DNA of 33,330 nucleotides from a virus (lineage: Duplodnaviria > Caudoviricetes). Position numbers and translations under genes: made by a program. Every line of letters begins with the position of its first letter. Position 1 is the stretch's first letter. This document shows positions 17,546 to 26,843 of this stretch, one piece after another. Under the pieces are notes generated by a model. The model was not told where the DNA came from, did not search any database, and was given only the letters and a program-made list of their open reading frames with translations. Where the stretch lies: positions 1 to 33,330 of the IMG/VR virus record IMGVR_UViG_3300027886_000010; one strand, given 5' to 3'.

Positions 17546-18975
17546 TGCCAACCATCAACGCGACCGTGTTCCCCAACGAAGCCTACGTTCTCGTCGAAGT
17601 CGACTGGACCGACATTCCTGATGTCACCCACGCCACTGTCACCCGGCGTAACACTGTCACCGGCGAGACAGTCACCTTGCGGCCCTACATCGCCTACAAC
17701 AGTGACGGGTACCTACTCCTCAACTGTGGCCTGGGTTTGTGGTGGGACACCGAACCGCCACTGAATGTGCCGCTGGAATATTGCACCACAGCCGCTGATG
17801 TGACAACGTTCTTCAACTCCAACCCCACCATCGAAACCAACACTATCCCTTGGGCCAGCACCACATCGGTGTTGACGCAGTCCGCCGTGTTCGCACACAG
17901 TGGCACCTTCTCCATGCTGTCCACACCCAATGGCACAAGCAACACCAACAGCGTCGCCGACCTCACCGCATACACCTATGCGGCCGATGTGACATTGACG
18001 ATGCAGGCGTGGATCCTTACCCCGCAAGGCTTCAACGCGGCCGTGGTGGGTGTGGTCACCGAAAGCGACACAGGCATCGTCGCCGACGTGTTCTCCGATG
18101 TGCATGTTCTGTTCCCTGGGGTGTGGACGTTGGTGAGCTTCACCTTGACACCCACGGAATCAGGCCATTTTCAGGCCATCTATCTATCATTTTTCGGCCG
18201 GCCACCAGCCACCACCTTGTTCTACATCGACGACGTGGGCATCATGCGCGCCTCCGCCGTGACCAACACCGCATGCGAAACGGTGACAGTGTCATCGGAA
18301 AGTGTCTGGCTGAAAAATCCGCTCAGCCCCTGCCTGGACGTGGAAATCGGGCTGTGCGAACCAGGTATGGACTTCGACTGTGAAGCGGATTCCCGTGTCT
18401 CATACGCAGGTATGGCCAACGATGAGCTTGACGCCAACACGGTGCTGTCTTTGCCGGTGAACCGTAAATACGCAATCCCTGTCAACCGGGTGCGCCGGGC
18501 GCCACGTTCAGAGCTTCGCCTGATCACCCACGACTGTGACGCCCGCGACGCGGTGCTGGCCATCAACGACCCCGGTGACCCGTTGCTGTTCCAGGCACCT
18601 GACACATATTGCATCCCGGACCGCTACATCAGCGTCGGCACGTTGACGGAGGCACGGTTCAGCGTGGACCAACGTGACGATTTCCGGTTGATGGTGATGC
18701 CTTACGCGGTGGTGCAACGCCCTGAAGGCCCAGCCAACGGGCCATGCGGCATCCGCATCATGGATTTGTGTGACATTTACACGTCGTGGCAGTCGATGAC
18801 TTTGGCCGGTCTGGACTGGCTGGATCTGCTGCTGGGTGAAGCATCCAACAATGCGCCAGGCGACGATCCTGAAGGGTTGCGCACCTGGGACGAGGTTGAA
18901 GTCGAATTCGCCGACTTCGATGCTGTTGAGGCTGGCGGCAGCCGCGACTGGGACGAGCTGCGGGACGGTTTGTGA
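17545..18975 (+). CDS. Distal tail (Dit-like) minor tail protein with inserted carbohydrate-binding-like domain
   Basis: Follows the tape measure. DTEPPLNVPLEY and VWLKNP flank an insert containing FAHSGTFSM...WTLVSFT...FYIDDV. Confidence 0.7.
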   Translation: MPTINATVFPNEAYVLVEVDWTDIPDVTHATVTRRNTVTGETVTLRPYIAYNSDGYLLLNCGLGLWWDTEPPLNVPLEYCTTAADVTTFFNSNPTIETNTIPWASTTSVLTQSAVFAHSGTFSMLSTPNGTSNTNSVADLTAYTYAADVTLTMQAWILTPQGFNAAVVGVVTESDTGIVADVFSDVHVLFPGVWTLVSFTLTPTESGHFQAIYLSFFGRPPATTLFYIDDVGIMRASAVTNTACETVTVSSESVWLKNPLSPCLDVEIGLCEPGMDFDCEADSRVSYAGMANDELDANTVLSLPVNRKYAIPVNRVRRAPRSELRLITHDCDARDAVLAINDPGDPLLFQAPDTYCIPDRYISVGTLTEARFSVDQRDDFRLMVMPYAVVQRPEGPANGPCGIRIMDLCDIYTSWQSMTLAGLDWLDLLLGEASNNAPGDDPEGLRTWDEVEVEFADFDAVEAGGSRDWDELRDGL

Positions 18976-20120
18976 TGCTGCCGGGTGGAGCGGACCAGCT
19001 GTACCGTGACGTCCTCGCCACGGGCATGGGCCACTTTGTGCGTCTTGAGGTGTGGTCAGGTTTGGGCGCCCCGCTGGCCACGTTGATCCCGGCGCAGTTG
19101 CGTGGGGAACCTGAAGGTGGTCTTTGTTTCTACAACGGCACAGTTTCGGCGACACTGAATTCACGGGTGACGCGCGAGCTGCAGTTCAGTGTGCCCTATG
19201 ACCTGTACCCGTTGTCGCCGTTGGATTTGCTGGCACCGTTCGGCAACGAGATCCGTGCCTACCGGGGGGTGCGGCTGGGTGACGGTTCGGATGTTTACAC
19301 GTGGCAGGTGTTCCGTGGCCGCATCCGGCAGGTACGCCAGTATTCGACTGGCAATGTGACGGTGACGTGCACGGACCGTGCCGCTGATGTGACTGACCAC
19401 GAGTTCGTGTCGCCGCAGAACTCGCAGACCGGGAACAGTGTGTTTCTGGAGTTTGTGCGGCTGGTGTCTGACGCTGTGCCGGACGCCACGTTCGGCGCTT
19501 CGGACGAGTTCATTACGCAGGTGCAGCCGTTGACGTGGGAGCTGTCGCGCAGCGCCGCACTGGACGAGCTGGCGCGGACGATGGGTGCGGTGTGGTACAG
19601 CCTGGCCAATGGCGATTTTGTGATGCGCCGCTACCCGTGGACTCAACCGTCCCCACCGGTGGTCACGTTGACTGACGCTCCCGGCGGAACGGTGAACTAC
19701 TGGGAGGCGCTGCGTGACCGCAACATGATCTACAACGTGGTGACGGTGTCCGGGGAACGCCTCAACGGGGATGTCCCCGTGTACGGCACAGCAATGGACA
19801 CCAACCCCCTGAGCCCCACCTACGTGGAGGGCGGATTCGGCGTCAGAAGCCTTCTGGACCGGCTGCAGACACCTTCCACGCCAGGCCGTGCCCAGGGGGC
19901 CGCTCAGGAGCGGCTGGCGGTGTCGGTGGCGCCGGTGGAGTCGTTCCAGCTGCGGTGTGTGGTTGACGCGTCGCTGGAGCTGGGTGACGTGGTTACCTTG
20001 AATATTGAAGGTCGTGAAGTTACCCAGGTCGTGTCTGCTTTGTCCGTGCCCCTAGGCGTGGACAATGATATGTTCGTGTCGACTAGGTCGCTGGTGTTGA
20101 ACACGTTGGAGGTGGCATGA
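18972..20120 (+). CDS. Minor tail protein (baseplate hub, DUF5047-like)
   Basis: LAPFGNEIRAYRGV, RSAALDELA, YNVVTVSGE and DASLELGDVV motifs. Confidence 0.8.
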   Translation: MMLPGGADQLYRDVLATGMGHFVRLEVWSGLGAPLATLIPAQLRGEPEGGLCFYNGTVSATLNSRVTRELQFSVPYDLYPLSPLDLLAPFGNEIRAYRGVRLGDGSDVYTWQVFRGRIRQVRQYSTGNVTVTCTDRAADVTDHEFVSPQNSQTGNSVFLEFVRLVSDAVPDATFGASDEFITQVQPLTWELSRSAALDELARTMGAVWYSLANGDFVMRRYPWTQPSPPVVTLTDAPGGTVNYWEALRDRNMIYNVVTVSGERLNGDVPVYGTAMDTNPLSPTYVEGGFGVRSLLDRLQTPSTPGRAQGAAQERLAVSVAPVESFQLRCVVDASLELGDVVTLNIEGREVTQVVSALSVPLGVDNDMFVSTRSLVLNTLEVA

Positions 20121-20677
20121 CATCGTTCACGCCCAACTTCAACCTGCCCTACCCTTCGGCACTGGATGAACCATGCGACTTCGCCGAAGACTGGTGTGCG
20201 TTCACCGACGCCGTCAACGCTGTCGCCACCCGGTTCGAAACCACCATCAACCGCACCACACCGGTGATCCCCATGGCCAGGATGACACTGACCAGCCCTG
20301 TGGCCATCGTCAACGGCGGTTTGATCCCCTTCGACTCGGTCAGTGTCAACACGGCCAACTGGATCGACTTCGACGCCTCCAACACCGACATCGTTCCCGA
20401 CCGTGCCGGCTTCTTCGTGTGCGTCACCCAGGCCCTGTTCCAAACCACCGGTGTGCTGGGCAACGTGTTCACGTTGCAAATCGACACGTTCACCTCCACC
20501 AACGACAACCAAATCGACCGCGCCACAAGCTCGGTCGGCCTCAACACCACCCACATGGTGCAGATGACCACACCGTTCGCGTTGAACGTACGCGTGCAGC
20601 GCACCGTCGCCGGCATCCTCACCATCAACGCCGCCTCGTTTTCCGTGTGGTGGCACGCAGATACGGCCACACCATGA
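20117..20677 (+). CDS. Minor tail protein
   Basis: ATGA overlap. N-terminal TPNFNLPYP, beta-rich C-terminal domain. Confidence 0.75.
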   Translation: MTSFTPNFNLPYPSALDEPCDFAEDWCAFTDAVNAVATRFETTINRTTPVIPMARMTLTSPVAIVNGGLIPFDSVSVNTANWIDFDASNTDIVPDRAGFFVCVTQALFQTTGVLGNVFTLQIDTFTSTNDNQIDRATSSVGLNTTHMVQMTTPFALNVRVQRTVAGILTINAASFSVWWHADTATP

Positions 20678-21273
20678 CCGAATGCCTGACCTGCCCACAG
20701 CCGGAAAACTATGCCGCCGTTGCCCTGCAGCTGCAAAACACTGCACTGCAAAGCGAAGCATGCCTGTTCAGCATCGAACAGCAGCTGCGCACCGCCACCA
20801 ACCCGCTGACCACCATCATCACCAGCACCGCCACCGAATCGGTGGCAGCCAACGTCCTGACCGACCTCGGCATCACCTCATTCACCCTCAACTTCAGCAA
20901 CTGGACAGCCAGCCAGCTGGTCAACCTGGGGCCAAACCTGCCCGCCGGGGTGTACCAAGTCGGGGTGATGCTCACCGCCACAGCCGCAGGCGTAGTCGAC
21001 GACAACAGCTTGCGGGTGCTGCGTATCCGCACCAAGAAAGCCGGAACTCCTACCGACTCGCCGGCCGACTTCTCTGACGAGATCACCATCTACGAACCCA
21101 ACAACGGCAACGGTTCCGACATGTCCCTGTTCACCACCGTCACCCTCAACGGAACGCAGGAGCTGCTGTTCTCGTTTGTCCACACCAACACGTCCAGCCT
21201 TATCACCATTGCCGCCGGCGCCCGGTACTGGTGGTCGAAACTGTCCGACCAAGTAGCGCTGCGGACGGTGTGA
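20674..21273 (+). CDS. Minor tail protein
   Basis: Start reassigned to ATG 20674 (ATGA overlap). MTECLTCP, short coiled coil, then beta domain. Confidence 0.7.
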   Translation: MTECLTCPQPENYAAVALQLQNTALQSEACLFSIEQQLRTATNPLTTIITSTATESVAANVLTDLGITSFTLNFSNWTASQLVNLGPNLPAGVYQVGVMLTATAAGVVDDNSLRVLRIRTKKAGTPTDSPADFSDEITIYEPNNGNGSDMSLFTTVTLNGTQELLFSFVHTNTSSLITIAAGARYWWSKLSDQVALRTV

Positions 21274-21274
21274 C

Positions 21275-21799
21275 ATGCCCGAAAACACACCCATCTACGG
21301 ATTCACCTATCCATGCCCTGGCGACCCGGTCACTGCGGCCAGTTTCGCCACTCTCGCCACTCAAATCGACACCAGACTTCTGTCCATTCAGGACGACGAA
21401 GAGTGGGCGCTGGGCCGTTTCAGCGTTCAGCAGACCATGTCACCCAACCAGGGCGCCATCGCGCAAGGCGTGGAAACAGCGCTAGCGAACGCCGGAAGCA
21501 CATACGTCATACCCGCTGACGGGGTGTACGTCGCCAATGCCACCACGCAAATCACTGCTACCACCAGCGTCGACTCGGCACGGCTGCGGCTAAGACTCAA
21601 CGCTGTATCGATACCGGGGCGCACCTACAACAACGCCAACGCCCCCTTCGCCACCAACACATTTAACTTCACCGTTCCATCGGCCCCATTCCCGGCCGTC
21701 GCCGGTGACACCATCTCAGCCGCCGTGCTCTGGTTCGGGGTGGGGACAGGCACCGCATCGTTCACACTGCACGTCCGCATGGTCGTCCGGATCCTATGA
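21275..21799 (+). CDS. Minor tail protein
   Basis: N-terminal TPIYGFTYPCPGD..LATQID, beta domain with IPADGVY. Confidence 0.75.
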   Translation: MPENTPIYGFTYPCPGDPVTAASFATLATQIDTRLLSIQDDEEWALGRFSVQQTMSPNQGAIAQGVETALANAGSTYVIPADGVYVANATTQITATTSVDSARLRLRLNAVSIPGRTYNNANAPFATNTFNFTVPSAPFPAVAGDTISAAVLWFGVGTGTASFTLHVRMVVRIL

Positions 21800-21809
21800 G
21801 GAGGCAAGA

Positions 21810-22493
21810 ATGCCAACAGTAACGCCAGATCAGGGCCTGAGCCTACCTGTAGGCCCAGACGTAGCCGACAACCCGGTGGCCTTCACCAACTTCGTCGCCG
21901 GCGTCGAGCCGCGGGTGGTGCGTGAATACACCGACGAAGCTGACCGCACCGCGCGCATGCTCGTCCTGGCCGAAAATGACATATCAACGCTGGCAACAGA
22001 AAACCGTGCGGAAATCTACAACGGCGCCGCGCACATCTCCCTGCACACCCGCTCGGTGTACCTGTCCACCCGCGTCGCGGTGAACCAGACACTCAACCCG
22101 TCGGACACCACACTGCAAAACGTGACGAACATGGTGGTGGCGTTGCCAGGTGTCGTCGGTGCGATATTCCAATGGCGCTCCACAATCTTCTACGACAGCA
22201 CAGCCGCCGGTGACATCAAATTCGCCTACACCATCCCCGCCGGCGCCACCATGCGCTGGGGACTGCACGCGCTCAACACCGGTGGCACCAACCCCACGTT
22301 TGCCACCACCAGCACCTCAGGCACCGCCCTGGCCGCAAGCGCGGCAGGTATCGTCATGGCCACCGTCTTCGGCGAGATCACCATGGCAGCCACGGCAGGT
22401 AACCTGCAGCTGCAGGCGGCGCAAAACACCGCCGACCCCGGTGCCACACTCATCGCAGCACGGACGTCGATGGAGATTTGGCGTACCGCATGA
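21810..22493 (+). CDS. Minor tail protein
   Basis: SD GAGGAGG, ATG 21810. TPDQGLSLP N-terminus, GNLQLQAAQN C-terminus. Confidence 0.75.
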   Translation: MPTVTPDQGLSLPVGPDVADNPVAFTNFVAGVEPRVVREYTDEADRTARMLVLAENDISTLATENRAEIYNGAAHISLHTRSVYLSTRVAVNQTLNPSDTTLQNVTNMVVALPGVVGAIFQWRSTIFYDSTAAGDIKFAYTIPAGATMRWGLHALNTGGTNPTFATTSTSGTALAASAAGIVMATVFGEITMAATAGNLQLQAAQNTADPGATLIAARTSMEIWRTA

Positions 22494-23143
22494 GCCTGCC
22501 CAACGAAATCATCAAAGACAGGGGGCAGCCGGCCACAGTACGAGTGGGCACGGTGGCATCAGTCTCACCACTTGTCGTGTCCGTACAGGGTACCCTGTTC
22601 ACCGACGTAGGCTCCACGGAAGAACTTGTCGTCGGTGACGTGGTGGCCCTGCTAGGACAATCAGCCGTGTCAGCCGACGGTTCCTCATGGCTGGCGTTGG
22701 GCAACATCGTCAACTCCACCCTCGTCGGCGCACCAGTGGCCGCCGGTGTACAGGTGATGGCGACACCGCAAACCAACGGCACCCTGGTTTATGCCAACAT
22801 CACCGGTGCCAGTTTCCAGTTCCGCAAACGGCGCAACAACACCCGCATCTTCATGCAAATGGCAGGGTCGTCGTTCTCGTCGAACGTGGGCAACGCGGCA
22901 GAGTTCGGTGCACAAATCATCGACAACGATGCGGTGCTGCCCACCACGGACAACCAGATCGCCAGCTTCTTCTACAACGTGGCGGTCACCCACATGTCCT
23001 GGTCAGGGTTCAAATATCTCACCGGCATCCCCGCCGGTAGCTACACCATCCAGGGGCGTTTCCGTTTGTACATCCTCGCCGCAGGTAACACCGCTTTCGA
23101 CGCCAATGACCGGATCTCTATGGCGTTCACCGAAGTTGAGTAG
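22490..23143 (+). CDS. Minor tail/spike-like protein
   Basis: ATGA overlap. RVGTVASVSPLVV...VGDVVALL...WLALG N-terminus, beta-sandwich C-terminus (GIPAGSYTIQ). Confidence 0.7.
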   Translation: MSLPNEIIKDRGQPATVRVGTVASVSPLVVSVQGTLFTDVGSTEELVVGDVVALLGQSAVSADGSSWLALGNIVNSTLVGAPVAAGVQVMATPQTNGTLVYANITGASFQFRKRRNNTRIFMQMAGSSFSSNVGNAAEFGAQIIDNDAVLPTTDNQIASFFYNVAVTHMSWSGFKYLTGIPAGSYTIQGRFRLYILAAGNTAFDANDRISMAFTEVE

Positions 23144-23159
23144 ATGTACCATGTAACCT

Positions 23160-23879
23160 ATGGTCAGCTCGTACGCGCCTGAAAAGATCCTTGAGGTACG
23201 CCGCTACCTCAAGCCACTGACCGGGCTGTCCGACATCGAACTGGGCATCGTCAACAACGAAACCGATGCCTCCTACCATCACGGCTGGTCCCAGCGCGAC
23301 ACCGACGGCACGGACTATTCCTGGGACGAGTCGAGCCGCGACTGGTCACATAAAACGGATGCCGCCCGTGCCTTGGATGTGGGCATGTTCGACCGGCTAC
23401 GTGAAATGTCGGTGTGGATTGTGGGCCAGTGTGAGGCTGGCGCTGCTGACTGTGCGGATATCCGGGAGATCATCTACTCGCCTGACGGCAAGGTGGTGAT
23501 GCGCTGGGACAGGTTGAAGCGGCGCAGCTCCGGCGACGATACTCACCTGACTCACACCCATTTCAGCTGGTTCGCCGACGCTGAGCACCGCTCGAAGGTG
23601 GGACCATTCCAGCGTTTCTTCGAAGGAGGCGACATGAATGCGTTGCAGGCCGCACAGGTCAACAACTCGGAACACTATCTGCAGTCGATTTTGGGGATGA
23701 CCGAACAGGCGGAGCTGATCTCGAACACGGTTGAGCATGATTTGACGGTTCCCAATAAGCTGACCGCTGTGCTGCTGGACATTCAGGCGAAGCTGAACGC
23801 CGGCGGGGTTACCGGCATCTCGGAGGCTCGGCTGCGTGAGATCATCCGAGAGGAGATCGCCAAGACGCGCCTGTCTTAG
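23160..23879 (+). CDS. Endolysin, probable Zn-peptidase (M15-like)
   Basis: SYHHG, ARALDVG, IREIIY and HLTHTHFSW His/Asp motifs. Follows the tail genes. Leaderless promoter TACCAT, 7 nt, then ATG. Confidence 0.75.
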   Translation: MVSSYAPEKILEVRRYLKPLTGLSDIELGIVNNETDASYHHGWSQRDTDGTDYSWDESSRDWSHKTDAARALDVGMFDRLREMSVWIVGQCEAGAADCADIREIIYSPDGKVVMRWDRLKRRSSGDDTHLTHTHFSWFADAEHRSKVGPFQRFFEGGDMNALQAAQVNNSEHYLQSILGMTEQAELISNTVEHDLTVPNKLTAVLLDIQAKLNAGGVTGISEARLREIIREEIAKTRLS

Positions 23880-24076
23880 TCTTCGCAGGTGTAGATCACT
23901 TCGGCGTGTGTGTATTGGGCTGTTAGCACCTTGCGTCCTTTGGCGTCCACGCCGGGGCTGCCGAGGAAGATGATGTTTGCTACACCGTAGTTGTTGATCT
24001 GCCGTGACACACTTTCACATGTGAATTGATCGTTGTGTGTGGTGGAGTCGACCATGTATATGACATGTACCCGCAT
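23876..24076 (-). CDS. Hypothetical protein (66 aa)
   Basis: TGATG coupling to the phosphatase gene. Convergent 4-nt overlap with the endolysin. Confidence 0.65.
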   Translation of the reverse strand: MRVHVIYMVDSTTHNDQFTCESVSRQINNYGVANIIFLGSPGVDAKGRKVLTAQYTHAEVIYTCED

Positions 24077-24498
24077 CAAAAGTTCCCATCTTCTCGTGAG
24101 CACACCTGCCAGCAGGTGACACCGTTAGCACGCCACATGTCCACAACCCGGTTACGGTCATCCAGGGCGAACACAACATCATAGAGGGCTTGGATCGGTT
24201 CGAGCATCTCGGCTTTCACTATCGCATCGTCACGGTTGTCACCGATGGCGCGCATGTACAGATCGAAGGCGACGATGCCTACTTTTTCTTCGATGGCGTC
24301 CTGCGTCGCGTAGCGGCACGACTCGTCACGGCCACTGGTGAACACGATATGGAAACCGGCGTGGTGCAACACTTTGACGACGGTGGCTACAGCCCGGTCG
24401 ACGGTGTCCTCGCCAACCCTGGTCATGTCGTAGGGGCTGCGGTCGCCACGGATGAACAGGGTTCCGTCGAGGTCACAGATGATCGCCTGAGGCTTCAT
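24076..24498 (-). CDS. HAD-family polynucleotide 3'-phosphatase (T4 Pnkp phosphatase-domain-like)
   Basis: CDLDGTL, FTSGR, MRAIGDNRDDAIVK and DDRNRVVDMWR motifs. Confidence 0.9.
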   Translation of the reverse strand: MKPQAIICDLDGTLFIRGDRSPYDMTRVGEDTVDRAVATVVKVLHHAGFHIVFTSGRDESCRYATQDAIEEKVGIVAFDLYMRAIGDNRDDAIVKAEMLEPIQALYDVVFALDDRNRVVDMWRANGVTCWQVCSREDGNF

Positions 24499-24604
24499 AG
24501 GGATTGTCCTTACGTTTGGGGCGCCGCTGCAGCCCCATGTCGAAAAGAACGTAGCTGGTCGCTAAACCAGGCACGATGCAGTACACCCACCACGGCCACG
24601 GCAT
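24473..24604 (-). CDS. Small putative membrane protein (43 aa)
   Basis: Not in the track. ATG directly abuts the upstream TAG. MPWPWWVYCIVPGLATSYVLFDMGLQRRPKRKDNPYEASGDHL. Confidence 0.55.
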   Translation of the reverse strand: MPWPWWVYCIVPGLATSYVLFDMGLQRRPKRKDNPYEASGDHL

Positions 24605-25129
24605 CTACGACACCAGCTGCGCGTGGCAGTCGGCCATGACCGCGGCGAACCGTTTCCATGGCGCTGTGCCATGTGCGGTGAGGGTACCTAGTCTCGCAGC
24701 GTAGGCCAAGATTTCCAGGCCCAAGGGGTCTTCGGTGCAGTCGAGGATGTGACCAGTGACAGGGGTTGTGCCAGGGTCGAGGATTGTCATGCTGGCGAAC
24801 AATGCTTCTGTGGTGATCTCGGCGGCACGCTCAAGCTCGTGACACTGACCTTCCACATACACCGATGTCAACCGGTCAAGGGTGATGCGTATCTGATCGT
24901 CCTCCGGGAGGTTGGCGAAACGTTCACGCAGTTCTGCGAGGTGGACTAGGGCGGGGTCGAATCCGGCGAGTGCCCAGAGGCCGGCGGTGACGGGGTCGTG
25001 GTTCATGACGCAGATCTTGGCACGCTGGTCTGACAGTTCCCAGGTGCCATTGCGGATGCTCTGCTCGAAAGCGCCGACCTTCCATCTGTTGTTGTAATCC
25101 AGCAGCCTTGCGGCATAGGTAGGGTCCAT
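24605..25129 (-). CDS. Hypothetical protein
   Basis: Start reassigned to ATG 25129 behind TTGACT-16-TAAAGT and a 7-nt spacer. Confidence 0.7.
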   Translation of the reverse strand: MDPTYAARLLDYNNRWKVGAFEQSIRNGTWELSDQRAKICVMNHDPVTAGLWALAGFDPALVHLAELRERFANLPEDDQIRITLDRLTSVYVEGQCHELERAAEITTEALFASMTILDPGTTPVTGHILDCTEDPLGLEILAYAARLGTLTAHGTAPWKRFAAVMADCHAQLVS

Positions 25130-25255
25130 GTTCCCAACTTTACCATGCACGTACTTCGAGTCAAGTCGGCTGTTCCGGGGTACACCACGGCCACGTTAGG
25201 ATCTCTGACTGAGTCGCCTATGTCGATGCGCAAAAGGGGATGGCAAGATCAAGGT

Positions 25256-25534
25256 GTGACAGTGCCCATCGAATCCGACGAAGTACCTCGCCTGGCTGAA
25301 ATTGGCCGAAGAATCACCGAAGTGGGAGCGAACCTATCCGACTTCCGTAACGAGGTACGCGGAAACTTTGCCGATATGGTACGAAAAGACACTTATGCAG
25401 CTGAGCGGGAGGCACTCAAGGATCGCATCGTCGCCCTTGAGCAGCGAGCTAAGTCTATGCAGAATTTGATGTACGGAGCCCTCGCGTCAGTCGCGGTGGG
25501 CGTGGTCACCATGTACCTAATGAGGGCAGGCTGA
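25256..25534 (+). CDS. Coiled-coil protein with C-terminal TM helix (lysis accessory)
   Basis: GTG 25256 behind CAAGAT and 6 nt. C-terminal LMYGALASVAVGVVTMYLM. TGATG coupling to the holin. Confidence 0.7.
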   Translation: MTVPIESDEVPRLAEIGRRITEVGANLSDFRNEVRGNFADMVRKDTYAAEREALKDRIVALEQRAKSMQNLMYGALASVAVGVVTMYLMRAG

Positions 25535-25752
25535 TGTTCAGCAAAAAATGGTGGGGCAAAACTCTGGAACGGATGGTCAAAACCGCAGCCTACGCATTGA
25601 CCACGCTCATTGGCTCTGATGCGGCGGGCTGGCTGAAACTGGACTGGGGCGACATCCTGCACAGCACAGCGGTCATGACGCTGCTGTCGTTTCTCGGCGC
25701 CATCTTGACCACGAACATGGGTCCGGACAACCAGGATCCCAGCGCCGTATGA
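25534..25752 (+). CDS. Holin (r1t-like)
   Basis: MFSKKWWGKTLERMVKTAA pattern, two hydrophobic segments, GP...PSAV C-terminus. Confidence 0.85.
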   Translation: MFSKKWWGKTLERMVKTAAYALTTLIGSDAAGWLKLDWGDILHSTAVMTLLSFLGAILTTNMGPDNQDPSAV

Positions 25753-25759
25753 TCGGCTC

Positions 25760-26146
25760 ATGATTCAGGTCTATGTGGTTACTGCCCAGCTAGGACAAGT
25801 CGACGGCGACCGGGCTGTGCGGACCCTACGCGACGCCACCATCCGCATCGCGCGGCTGCACCCGTCGCTGCGCTCATCTGCCGTAGAGGCCGCTGACGGC
25901 GTCCTGACGATGACTTTGAGGGTGGCTGGGCGTACTCGGTGGCATGTGCAGGGCGACGCCCGCAAAATCGCCACGAGCATGCTGCGCCGCGTGGATCTGG
26001 ATGTGGCCGGCGCCAAAATGGAGCTGGAACGCACGATGCCCAGCGCCAAGAATTTGACGAAGGTGCAGGGCCGCGGGGTGACCGTTACCGCCAGGGTTCC
26101 TTCTGGAGACCAGCAGCCCCCGCAGGCGCCTACAGCTTCGGAGTGA
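25760..26146 (+). CDS. Hypothetical protein
   Basis: TATGAT, 6 nt, then ATG. Last plus-strand gene, convergent overlap with the next gene. Confidence 0.65.
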   Translation: MIQVYVVTAQLGQVDGDRAVRTLRDATIRIARLHPSLRSSAVEAADGVLTMTLRVAGRTRWHVQGDARKIATSMLRRVDLDVAGAKMELERTMPSAKNLTKVQGRGVTVTARVPSGDQQPPQAPTASE

Positions 26147-26339
26147 ACGGCGTGTGCAGCACTTGGTAAAGGTCGCGCCACAGGACACGGTAGTGTCCCC
26201 GTTCGCCAGGGTTTTTCATGGCCGGCAGAGTTCCCCTGCGGATCCAGGCGACGATGGTGCGCCGGTCCTTTTTGGCGACTGCTGCTGCTTCGCGTGTGTT
26301 GAGTTCGTGGTCTTGAGGATATAGATTTGGGTCAATCAT
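26130..26339 (-). CDS. Xis/MerR-like HTH DNA-binding protein
   Basis: LNTREAAAVAKKDRRTIVAWIRRGTLPA...GHYRV. SD GGAGG. Confidence 0.85.
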   Translation of the reverse strand: MIDPNLYPQDHELNTREAAAVAKKDRRTIVAWIRRGTLPAMKNPGERGHYRVLWRDLYQVLHTPFTPKL

Positions 26340-26387
26340 GGCTGGCCTCCGTGATCATCTGGTGCTTTTCCGGTGCTTACACGCACT

Positions 26388-26843
26388 TTAGATGATCTCC
26401 GGAGGTTCTACCAGAGACACTCGGATGGTCGCACCCGGCGCACCGCCTGGATCATCAGTGGCGTAGCGCTTCTGCACGAAAAGATCCACAACCTGTGCAT
26501 CGTCACGATAAACACCAGCCTGCGTCAGCCCGTCCAGAGTGTTGCGGATCAGCTTGTCGACATCCGGCTTCACCGCCGGATAAGGACGCTTGCTCACTTT
26601 GACGGAGGCCGGCCGTGGCAGCTGGAACCGGATGAAAATCGCTACCGCCCCCTCCAGACTGTCCACACCACCAGCTTCACGCAGCGCCACGGCGGCAGCG
26701 ATGACGTCCTGCCGCCAGGACTTCTGCGTCTTACTGTTCTGCTCGTAAACGAACGTTTTACCCGTTTTGGCAGAAAATCCGCCCCTCTTCGAACCCTGAG
26801 GAGCGGGTGTTCCATGTACAACTATGTCAAGACGTAGCGTCAT
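26388..26843 (-). CDS. rusA: RusA-like Holliday junction resolvase
   Basis: GTPAPQGSK and KPDVDKLIRNTLDGLT..GVYRDDAQVV. Confidence 0.95.
   Translation of the reverse strand: MTLRLDIVVHGTPAPQGSKRGGFSAKTGKTFVYEQNSKTQKSWRQDVIAAAVALREAGGVDSLEGAVAIFIRFQLPRPASVKVSKRPYPAVKPDVDKLIRNTLDGLTQAGVYRDDAQVVDLFVQKRYATDDPGGAPGATIRVSLVEPPEII

Noticed and set aside
20173-20673. Long His/Arg-rich extension of ORF 20173..21273
   Set aside because: It is an off-frame shadow of 20117..20677. The likely start is 20674.
20117-23143. Diversity-generating retroelement or invertible tail-fibre cassette
   Set aside because: No reverse transcriptase, invertase, or near-identical nucleotide repeat pair was seen.
26130-26339. 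Excisionase implying an integration module
   Set aside because: No integrase or att-like site is in the window, and the fold also serves general regulators.
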